64,000 bases of DNA, taken from NCBI GenBank assembly GCA_030038275.1, contig JASHPG010000221.1, forward strand, positions 3,451 through 67,450. The letters run 5' to 3'. The position numbers and the translations under genes were made by a program. Under the pieces are notes generated by a model. The model saw nothing but the letters and a program-made list of their open reading frames with translations. It made no database searches and was not told the origin of the DNA. Shown in pieces: positions 55,507-63,230 of this stretch. Origin of the DNA: Candidatus Acidiferrales bacterium (GTDB lineage Bacteria > Acidobacteriota > Terriglobia > Acidiferrales > UBA7541). The first letter of the stretch is position 1, and the number at the start of each line of letters is the position of its first letter.

Positions 55507-56744
55507 TGCTGGTCCTTCATTGCGCCAAGCAGCCCGAGCGCGGCGTAAAAGTAAGGAATCGAGGTGTCGATTGCGGCGAAGCCTGCGATCAGCACGGGCA
55601 CGATCAGTAGATACACAGCGCGGCTGGATCGCTTCGACAGCAGCCACATGTAAGCGGCGGTTAAGACGGATCCCAGCAATCCAAGCTCTAGAGCAAGCAC
55701 GGCAATGACGTCGTGAGCCGCGATTCCAAGGACACCTTGCGTATTTCCCGAGCCGATCCCGACAAGCCTTTGCAGAAAGTCGGCATTCGACAAAAGACCA
55801 GCCATGCCTTGGAGTATTAGAAATTTGCTCGCGAAGCTCGGGTCGATTTGCTGGAAACTTTCCGGTCCGGCGGACACGTAGATACGGAGCAGAGCGAATA
55901 TGGCGATGGGGCATACCATCACGAGCGCCGCGATAATGAATCGTCGCAGTCGCCAGAGCTTGTAGATTAGGAACTGGCAGGCAGCCGCGAATATCGCCGC
56001 GCGCGAAAGCGTCGCCAATATCAGCGCGTAGGCGAGGACGACCTTTCGCGTACGAACGCGCTCGCGGAAGGAGAGCATGATTGCCGTGAGGCACAGGAGC
56101 GCAAGACCGGCATAGTTGGAATCCGAAAAGAAGACGCTCATTTTGTAGCGATAGATCCAGTCCACCGCCCCGGATGGAAGGTCGTTGTACGCCGTGTATA
56201 GCGCCGCCCGGACAAATGGGGAAAATGCGTACCGGCTTACGCACTCCAAGCAGAAGAAAGCCAATAAACCATCCACGATCTTCGCGACGTATTCCGCTCT
56301 TGTTCGACTGTCCAAGCGAATTGCGAGCGCGTACGCCACGGAACCCACAAGTAGGAAAAATGGAAATGCCAGCGGCATGACGTAATTTTTCGGGTCTGCT
56401 TGGTTGTAAGCCACGGCCAGAAGTTGCAGCGCGCCAATGCAAAACGAAACTAGGACGGCGCAGCCGGTCTCCCAGGAAAACTTCATGCATCCGATGGCGA
56501 GTACCAGGAGAGACAATCCGATCAGTAGGATTTGCGTTGAACTCTGAGCGATCCGTTGAGCGACGTTGTGCTGTAGATTCAGATAGTCGAAACCTAGTGT
56601 CAGCGGCACGAACGAAAGAAAGATGATCGCGGCGAGCATCGCCTTCGCGTCGAGGGGGTGGCTCAGTGCGTCGACGGCGAAGCCAACGGGGTGCCGACGT
56701 GGCTTTGCCAAGACGGCGTTTATTGCTCTCGATGCGGCGCTCAT
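55503..56744 (-). CDS. O-antigen ligase / Wzy-like polysaccharide polymerase family membrane protein
   Basis: 413 aa, about 10-12 TM segments. The motif region DSNYAGLALLCLTAIML...LATLSRAAIFAA is typical of the Wzy_C/O-antigen ligase family. Confidence 0.75.
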   Translation of the reverse strand: MSAASRAINAVLAKPRRHPVGFAVDALSHPLDAKAMLAAIIFLSFVPLTLGFDYLNLQHNVAQRIAQSSTQILLIGLSLLVLAIGCMKFSWETGCAVLVSFCIGALQLLAVAYNQADPKNYVMPLAFPFFLLVGSVAYALAIRLDSRTRAEYVAKIVDGLLAFFCLECVSRYAFSPFVRAALYTAYNDLPSGAVDWIYRYKMSVFFSDSNYAGLALLCLTAIMLSFRERVRTRKVVLAYALILATLSRAAIFAAACQFLIYKLWRLRRFIIAALVMVCPIAIFALLRIYVSAGPESFQQIDPSFASKFLILQGMAGLLSNADFLQRLVGIGSGNTQGVLGIAAHDVIAVLALELGLLGSVLTAAYMWLLSKRSSRAVYLLIVPVLIAGFAAIDTSIPYFYAALGLLGAMKDQQ

Positions 56745-56745
56745 C

Positions 56746-57924
56746 TCAAGAGCCTCGCCTGATCCGTTCCGCGCCGTCAGCGATCAGTACCCAGGCGCCC
56801 GTTAGCAATAGGCCACACAAAAATCCACCGCCAACGATTAGCGCTCGCGGCGGACTTGATTTCTCATCCGGCTTCACGGCCGGATCGACCACTTGAATCA
56901 GCGATCCCTCCTTCGCTTCGTCGATCTTGGCCAGCTCGTATTGCGTTTCCAGGAAGCCGAAAATCGTTTCTTCGTATTTCACGTCGCGAAGCCTGCGGGC
57001 GTACTCGAGCGCTGCTTGTGGCACGGTACCTTTCGGCATCAAGAAGTCGCCCGATTGCGTGGCGGTGTCCGCGCCCATCCGTTCGAGCTGTTGCCGCAGG
57101 GCGGCGCGCTCTTCTTCGGCGAGTTGCAAATCCGGGTTCTCATCGGTCGCAAACTTTCGCATTGCGTCGATCTGGACATCTTTGGCGGTTATTTCGGAAC
57201 GCAACGCAGCCACGGATTCGATGACCGCGGTCGCCTGGCCTTGTGGTTCGATCAAACCTGTCTGCTGCTCTACCGTAGCGAGCGCCTGCTCCGCGTCCGC
57301 CAACTTGTCGCTTTCCTTCTTGAGTTCCTGCTCGAAGAACAGCCGCCTTTGGGCCGCTTCCGAAACGGCCAGCCCAGCAGAGAGATATCGATAGCTCGCA
57401 ACGTAGGCGTTCGCCATCTCTGCCGCGCGCTCCGCGCTCTTGTCCGTCACCGAAATACGGATCAATCCGTCCTTCAGGCCGCTATCGATGCTGGTGTTGC
57501 GTTCTAACTTCCTGCGCGCGTCCGATGCCCGCTTGTCGCCGTAAATTTCTTGAAGGTTGAAGCGTCGAATCAGATCGTCTTCGACGGTGCGGCTTCGGAT
57601 CAAAGCCACTTGCATGTCGTTCGGGTTTTTAATCCCGAGTGTTTGTTGCGCAAGCGAACCCAGCATCCCCAGTCCGCTGCTCGCTTGAGAAAGCAGAGCC
57701 GCTTCCATCGAATGATCCTGTTGAGGCGGCAGTATTACGATCGTGGACGTGTAGAGATTGGGCAGAAGAAGCGCGGCCAGCACGGCGCATGCTGTGAATA
57801 CCGCCGTCCCGATCGCGATCGTTCTGCGTCGGTCCATAAGCGACCGGAAAAGGTCGAGTGTGGAAATCTCCATCGCCGGTTCGGAATTGTCGATTTGTGG
57901 TCCGCTTGAAATTGCCGAACTCAT
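56746..57924 (-). CDS. wzz: Polysaccharide chain-length determinant (Wzz/PCP) protein without a kinase domain
   Basis: 392 aa. N-terminal TM IAIGTAVFTACAVLAALLL followed by YTSTIVILPP. Long coiled-coil periplasmic part. C-terminal TM LIVGGGFLCGLLLTGAWVLI. No Walker motifs. Confidence 0.8.
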   Translation of the reverse strand: MSSAISSGPQIDNSEPAMEISTLDLFRSLMDRRRTIAIGTAVFTACAVLAALLLPNLYTSTIVILPPQQDHSMEAALLSQASSGLGMLGSLAQQTLGIKNPNDMQVALIRSRTVEDDLIRRFNLQEIYGDKRASDARRKLERNTSIDSGLKDGLIRISVTDKSAERAAEMANAYVASYRYLSAGLAVSEAAQRRLFFEQELKKESDKLADAEQALATVEQQTGLIEPQGQATAVIESVAALRSEITAKDVQIDAMRKFATDENPDLQLAEEERAALRQQLERMGADTATQSGDFLMPKGTVPQAALEYARRLRDVKYEETIFGFLETQYELAKIDEAKEGSLIQVVDPAVKPDEKSSPPRALIVGGGFLCGLLLTGAWVLIADGAERIRRGS

Positions 57925-58385
57925 TCATCTGTGCGCGATTCGGCTTCACAGGCAAAACCGTCGAAGTGAAGGAACCCTGACGGAATCCGCGCCTCATGCA
58001 CGGACGCTAGTCAGCGCGACCTGACGAGCTCCGATTCGACGGCGATGCGAGATGCGACGTGCAAGATGCGTGCCGAATGGGTTGTGAGCAGGAAGGTTGC
58101 TGATTAGAAATGCGTTACTAACCGCGGGGCCTGCAAGAGCCACTGAAATGCTGCCGATCTGCGCTCGCGTTTTCCCGTAATGGGAGTCGTCGGCCTGAAG
58201 TATGGTTCGTTTTGAATCCCGGGTGCTGGCTTGCGCGCACCCTTACGCTCAGCCGACCCGTGCGGTTATCCGAGTCATACCGAAGCCGCCGTCCGGCTGT
58301 ATCTGCAGGCAGTCTTTGCCGCCCTGCCGCTGACTGCGGAAGTCGCCGTGGTGCTAACGTCTCGTGGAAAGTAGGAATTCGCGAA

Positions 58386-58601
58386 TCACCGGCTAAGACG
58401 GCGCAATGCTTTGCCCTTGTGCATGGCAACGTGATCGGTCTTGTCGCTCTTGATCTCGTACTGCGGATCATCTTTGCTCGCGTGATGGACGTAGCCCTTG
58501 TAGTCCACATCGCTCGTATGCACCCGCACGATATGACCGCTGACCTGCCCGGCTTCAGAGTTCCAAGTTACGTGATCGCCGACTTTGAATTTCTTCGTCA
58601 T
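58386..58601 (-). CDS. DUF2945 (hypervirulence-associated Tudor-like domain) small protein
   Basis: 71 aa: MTKKFKVGDHVTWNSEAGQVSGHIVRVHTSDVDYKGYVHHASKDDPQYEIKSDKTDHVAMHKGKAL. This is the family-typical sequence. Confidence 0.85.
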   Translation of the reverse strand: MTKKFKVGDHVTWNSEAGQVSGHIVRVHTSDVDYKGYVHHASKDDPQYEIKSDKTDHVAMHKGKALRRLSR

Positions 58602-58923
58602 GAACGAACTTTATTGATACCAAAATCCCAAAACTCGTTCACTGGCAAATTACGGTTGAGCCGCAAGCTTGATGCTTCCGCTGATTTCCCGCGCGGCGAA
58701 CGGTTCTTTCGATTCCCCATTTAATTCTGCAAGCCGTGCCAGCAGCCACGGCTCAGGTTGCCCAAAGCTGAGCCTCCGCACGGCAACTGGTGACGATTTA
58801 AGTTGCGGCTACTGACTGACCGTATCCCGCGCATACCTGTGCCATCCAGCGGGTCCACAGAGCTTCAGCGAAGTCACAGTAGAAAAGTTGATGTAAACCC
58901 AATTGCAAGCAAAAATTTGGAAG

Positions 58924-58973
58924 TGGTCGGGGCGAGTGGATTTGAACCACCGACCTCCTGGTGCCGAACCAGA
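58924..58973 (-). pseudogene. tRNA-Pro(CGG) 3' fragment (anticodon arm to CCA), with no 5' half
   Basis: Minus strand reads tctgg-TTCGGCA-ccagg-aggtc-ggtgg-TTCAAAT-ccact-cgccccg-A-CCA, closely resembling bacterial tRNA-Pro 3' halves. The 26 nt upstream (ccaatagatttcaatggatgcttgaa) cannot form the acceptor or D arm, and there is no CGGGGCG. Position 37 is C, which is atypical. Confidence 0.7.
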
Positions 58974-59360
58974 TTCAAGCATCCATTGAAATCTATTGGA
59001 ATTGGTGCTGCTAAGTGCTTTCCGACGGAGTTGTTGCCGCGCGGCAGTTGAAGCTCATCGAAACTTACGGGAGTCGGAGGCTCTAACAGCTACGATATCA
59101 TCTACACCGAAATCGACTTATGGACATCGGCGAAAGTTCTTCCCGACTTGGAATTCGAACGTTATGACATGGCTGTTTGGAAAATGCCACTTCTTCGACC
59201 GATCCCGCACTGAAGCCGCTCTCCGGGCACCGAAGGATGAGGAGCAAAGGCGAAACTGCGGTCATCCTTTGAGTGCGGTTCGCGTCCAGTAATTGACTCT
59301 CCCGCGCTCCTCGCGTTGGCTGAGAGCGGTTCGAACGGCAGGAACCCCGAAAGGCGGAAG

Positions 59361-62300
59361 TCAGTTTGTGACTGTTATCGTAACCTGCAGTTGATGAAAT
59401 ATTGTGCCGGAGGGCGACGAACCGGTTGTCGTCACGGTGACGAAGGTTTGCTGGCCGGAAGGTGATGGTGGCGCAGTTCCGCCGCCGGAGGAGACTCCGC
59501 CAGCGCGGCAACCGGCGATCGCAACGGCAGATGCCGCCGCGAGAACTGCTAACAGGATGTACGATCGCACGCGTTTCCGGCATGCGGCAATGATGGGCAG
59601 GCACCCTAGAAGGCAAACCGGCACCGCGGTCTCCAGCAAGTTCGGGCCGCGCCGCTGGGGGGCTGCGAGAGAAGACGCAGCGGAGACAGTCAGAACGACG
59701 GTAGCCGTTTTCGGCGAGCCACCGGAAACAGTCACTTGCCCGCTGGAAGGATTAAAGGCGCAACTCAGATGCGAAGGCAAGCTGCCGCAGCTGAAAGCAA
59801 CGGTGCCACTGAATCCTTCGGACGTGATGGTAAGAGTGGAACTACCGGATTGGCCCGGAGAAAGAGTCAGCGCGCTTGGATTGGCGCTGACGGTGTAGTC
59901 GGGCGCATTCACGCTCACCGTTTCGACAGCCGAGGTGGAAGCTGCAAAGTTTGAATCTCCACCGTATCGTGCTGTGATGCTGTCGATGCCTTGCGGCAGA
60001 GCGTTCGTTGTCACGGTGGCAGTTCCCTGGGAAAGGCCCGTGGAACTGATCGTTGCGGAACCATCTAGAAACGTTACGATACCCGTAGGTGTGCCCGTCG
60101 TATCGGACACGACGCGCACGGTGAGTGTAACGTCGGCACCCCTGTGAATTCGTCCTTTCACGGATGTGGATAATTGCACAGACGTGCCAGCCTGAGTAAT
60201 CGTCAGTGTCCCATTTACAAAAGTGATTGCATAGTTTGGCGAGCTTACTCCGCCCGGAGTGAGTGGATAGGTTCCCGGAGGGCTGACCGGCTGAGCGGGA
60301 GTGGTGATGGCGAGGGTCCCTTGCAAAATGGAGGGAGTATCTCCGTTGAGGAAGCCCGAATACGTGGCGGTGAATTGGGGAAAGGTCTGACCGTAAGCAC
60401 TGCTGGCGCCGTTGGCGGTAATGGTAAGCGGAGCCGGAACGACGGTGTAGTTAGCGGTGGCGATGTCCATCGGATTGCCGGAATTGCCGACGGCCCCGAT
60501 GATGTATGTACCGGGCGCTACGGCAGGAACGGAGAACGCCGCACAATTGAACGCTCCGCCGCTAGGGACGCATGTGCCAATGTTCTGGTCGTTAAACGAA
60601 ACGGTCGCTGCAGAATCGGAGCTCAGAAAACCATTCCCTTGCAGCGTGACCAGCGAGCCGATTATCCCGGAGGGAGCGGTTGCCACAACCGTGGGGACTA
60701 CCGTAAAATTTGTGGTCGCTTGATCGCCGTCGGGGCCCGTAGCGACCACCGGCTGCGCTCCTCCTCCCAAAACAGGCGTATCGAATTGGCAGTCAAACGA
60801 GCCGGAGGTGACGGGGCAGCCCGATTGGCCCGTGCTCGCGTCCGTGACGGTGGAAGGGCTCGCTCCCCCAATGGTCAAGCCGGCCGAGGTATCGGTGAGA
60901 TAAAGGCCGTAGCCCTTCACGTCCAGCAGTGTATTTGCCTGTCCTGACGAAGGCGAGAGAGCGAGTCCTGAAATGTAAATAGTGGTGGTCGCGGCTTCGC
61001 CGTACGCCTCTCCCACGGCTTTCAGGATATGGGGACCAGGGGTGACGTCCGGCAGCCTCACGGTGCAAGAGAGAGATGTGGTGACTCCAAGTCCGACCGG
61101 CGGGTTTTGCGTGCAGCCGCCTTCTAGCAGCGGCAGAAGCTGGTCGTCCAGCCAAACCTGGGCATAATGCTCGTCGGCATAGAAACCATTAATGTTGACT
61201 TGGATGGCAGCACCGGCTGGAGCGGTGTCGTCTGCCACAACTCCGCTCGTGTCGTAGACCATCGAAACCGAAGGGACCAGGGTGAACGTGGTGCTCGCCA
61301 GCGGCTGATCTCCCAAGCCTTGCTCAAGAACTTCGGCAGAGAAGGTATAGGTGCCAGGCGCTCGGTCAGGAACCACGAGGCTGCAAGAGATGGTTCCCGC
61401 GGGCGACGCCACGCATGAGCCGGGATCCGCATAGCTGATGAGACCACCGATCTCGAACCCGTCGATTTGGGTTGCAGCAGGGAAGCCGTAGCCGGTAACC
61501 GTTATTGTTTGGCCGACCGATGCTTGGGACTGCGACAGCGTGATGGACGGTATGAGAGTAAAGGTGGAACTCACAGTTTTGCCAAAGTTATCTGTCAGCG
61601 TTAGGGTGTTGGCGCCCGGAAGCGCACTGGCCGGAACGGTGAAATAGCAACTATCGCCCGAGGGCGGGAAAACACCATTCGACACAGGACATGTCAGTCC
61701 GGGCGTCGATTGCCCACCGCTGGTGAGCGTCAGCGGGAGACTTTGATCGTTCAACGCGGCGGATGCCGTGTCTCCGCGGAAGCCCAGAGAACTGAGCGTT
61801 ACCTGAGTGTCCACGGCTGCCGACGGTGGGTTTATGGCGAGCGATGGGACCACCACGAGGCTGGCTGTATCGTAGTCTCCGACAGTATTTCCGGTGATCT
61901 GCAACGTATAGGTTCCGGCAGTCATCGACGAAGGCACAGCGATGGGGCAGGTGAACGAGCCGTAGGAAATCGGGCAGCTGGAATTCTGGCCGCCAAGGTC
62001 GACCTCCGCTAGGGTATCGGAAGGATCGTAGGCGATTCCCTGCACGGTCACGATGCTGCCGGGCGTTGCTTGTATCGTCGACGGCGAAAGCGGATAAGGA
62101 CCGGGCAAGGCGAAGGAAGCTGTGCCGCTGTCTCCGTATTGAATGCCCGTGGCGACGATATGGTGCGGGCCAGGAGCCGTGATCGAAGACGGAAGCATAA
62201 TCGTGCAAGAGATCGTGCCGCCGGACGGCGATTGCGTGACCGGGCAACCGGACGACGGTGTAACCAGAATCCCATCCAGAAAGATGGAAGCGCTCGTGTC

Positions 62301-63230
62301 GTCCCCCGCAAAACTCGACCCCGTTACTTGAACGGTCGAACCGGGAAGAGTCTCCGGAGGGTTGACGCTGATGGCCGGAGGAGTGATGCGGAACTCGCTT
62401 ACACACCACTTGCTTCCGCAAGCCAGTGGGTCCGGGACAGAGTAATCTAGGGCCACCAAAACGCCGACATTGTAATAGCCGGGGATGAAGGGCGGCACGG
62501 CGAACGTGCACGCCCCATAATCGCTCAAGCTGCCATCCTTACCCGGAACGCAAGTGTACTGAGCAGGGATGTTGTTGTCGATGACAGCGGGTCCGGTGCC
62601 TGTGAGGCCCGAAGGTTCATCGGTGCCGAAGGTGACTACCGCCGTGGAATCAAAAACAATTGATTTCTGGCCAATAAAGTTATCGCCATAGACGGTGACC
62701 ACGGTGCCCGGAGGTCCAGACGTGGGATAGATTCCGACGCCGGGTCCGACGCTGACAAGCAGGGATGCGCTGTCCCCAGTATTGCCCGTGGCGGTGAGCG
62801 AATACCTGCTTTCGTCCACGGTGGGTACATCCGGAACAACGAAATTGCACGTAAATGCCCTGTTCGTCACGTTGCACGTGCGTTGGGTCGGATTCACGTC
62901 GGACGGTATGCCAGAGAAAGTGATCGTCGTGTCCGAAGCGGCAAATCCCGATCCAGCCAGCGGCAACACCATGCCAGGAGTCACCGGATAGTAGCAGGTC
63001 TCATTTCCGATGCCTTGAACGCACTGCAAGATCGACACGCTAGAGGTCAGCGAGATGGACGGGCCGTCCGCCAAGACTGGAGTGGAATAACCGAGCGCAA
63101 TCGCCGCCAACACCGCAACAAGAAGGACAGCGAGAACCGGGGAGGGTAGCTTCGCTCGCTCATCGAGCGGCCCTCTTAACGGCACGATGAGAAGCCTCGG
63201 GCGACAGGAAGAGTCCGAATGGCTGGGCAT
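59361..63230 (-). CDS. Giant secreted/surface protein: tandem IPT/TIG-like Ig modules, an MBG domain, a Big_3-like Ig domain, and a C-terminal module interrupted by a hydrophobic hairpin
   Basis: 1289 aa. Signal-like LPSPVLAVLLVAVLAAIALGYSTPVLA. Nine modules have the motif C-x(5-17)-C-x3-[VLT]P (e.g. NSSCPISYGSFTCPIAVPSS). MBG-type segment LTITANGASSAYGQTFPQFTATYSGFLNGDTPS...NYAITFVNGTLTITQA. Ig segment VTFLDGSATISSTGLSQGTATVTTNALPQGIDSITARYGGDSNFAAS. Confidence 0.85.
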   Translation of the reverse strand: MPSHSDSSCRPRLLIVPLRGPLDERAKLPSPVLAVLLVAVLAAIALGYSTPVLADGPSISLTSSVSILQCVQGIGNETCYYPVTPGMVLPLAGSGFAASDTTITFSGIPSDVNPTQRTCNVTNRAFTCNFVVPDVPTVDESRYSLTATGNTGDSASLLVSVGPGVGIYPTSGPPGTVVTVYGDNFIGQKSIVFDSTAVVTFGTDEPSGLTGTGPAVIDNNIPAQYTCVPGKDGSLSDYGACTFAVPPFIPGYYNVGVLVALDYSVPDPLACGSKWCVSEFRITPPAISVNPPETLPGSTVQVTGSSFAGDDTSASIFLDGILVTPSSGCPVTQSPSGGTISCTIMLPSSITAPGPHHIVATGIQYGDSGTASFALPGPYPLSPSTIQATPGSIVTVQGIAYDPSDTLAEVDLGGQNSSCPISYGSFTCPIAVPSSMTAGTYTLQITGNTVGDYDTASLVVVPSLAINPPSAAVDTQVTLSSLGFRGDTASAALNDQSLPLTLTSGGQSTPGLTCPVSNGVFPPSGDSCYFTVPASALPGANTLTLTDNFGKTVSSTFTLIPSITLSQSQASVGQTITVTGYGFPAATQIDGFEIGGLISYADPGSCVASPAGTISCSLVVPDRAPGTYTFSAEVLEQGLGDQPLASTTFTLVPSVSMVYDTSGVVADDTAPAGAAIQVNINGFYADEHYAQVWLDDQLLPLLEGGCTQNPPVGLGVTTSLSCTVRLPDVTPGPHILKAVGEAYGEAATTTIYISGLALSPSSGQANTLLDVKGYGLYLTDTSAGLTIGGASPSTVTDASTGQSGCPVTSGSFDCQFDTPVLGGGAQPVVATGPDGDQATTNFTVVPTVVATAPSGIIGSLVTLQGNGFLSSDSAATVSFNDQNIGTCVPSGGAFNCAAFSVPAVAPGTYIIGAVGNSGNPMDIATANYTVVPAPLTITANGASSAYGQTFPQFTATYSGFLNGDTPSILQGTLAITTPAQPVSPPGTYPLTPGGVSSPNYAITFVNGTLTITQAGTSVQLSTSVKGRIHRGADVTLTVRVVSDTTGTPTGIVTFLDGSATISSTGLSQGTATVTTNALPQGIDSITARYGGDSNFAASTSAVETVSVNAPDYTVSANPSALTLSPGQSGSSTLTITSEGFSGTVAFSCGSLPSHLSCAFNPSSGQVTVSGGSPKTATVVLTVSAASSLAAPQRRGPNLLETAVPVCLLGCLPIIAACRKRVRSYILLAVLAAASAVAIAGCRAGGVSSGGGTAPPSPSGQQTFVTVTTTGSSPSGTIFHQLQVTITVTN

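Noticed and set aside
55507-56490. Upstream 328 codons of the 641-aa ORF 54565-56490
   Set aside because: This part overlaps the Wzy-like membrane protein in another frame and has no GT motifs. The GT2 domain starts at MRASPGLVSVLLPAFN (ATG 55506), which forms an ATGA overlap with the wzy-like stop.
57925-58385. c-di-GMP or other riboswitch in the leader of the EPS operon
   Set aside because: I read the minus-strand leader and found a GGCAAAG-containing stretch. The paired GEMM-type elements (a second ACGCAAAGCC-like segment and the flanking helices) are absent, and no other riboswitch consensus was recognisable by eye.
58650-58781. 43-aa minus-strand ORF (VRRLSFGQPEPWLLARLAELNGESKEPFAAREISGSIKLAAQP) 48 nt upstream of the DUF2945 gene
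   Set aside because: The composition is protein-like, but it has a GTG start without a clear RBS and no family I recognise. It could be the decayed C-terminus of a gene truncated at the tRNA fragment. Evidence is insufficient to call it.
58924-59000. A complete tRNA gene
   Set aside because: Only the 3' ~50 nt fold as tRNA. The expected 5' acceptor strand (CGGGGCG) and D arm are absent within the next 100 nt, so I call it a fragment.
58803-59051. 82-aa plus-strand ORF
   Set aside because: It contains the tell-tale GASGFEPPTSW translation of an antisense tRNA T-arm/acceptor, so it is an artefact of the tRNA-Pro fragment.
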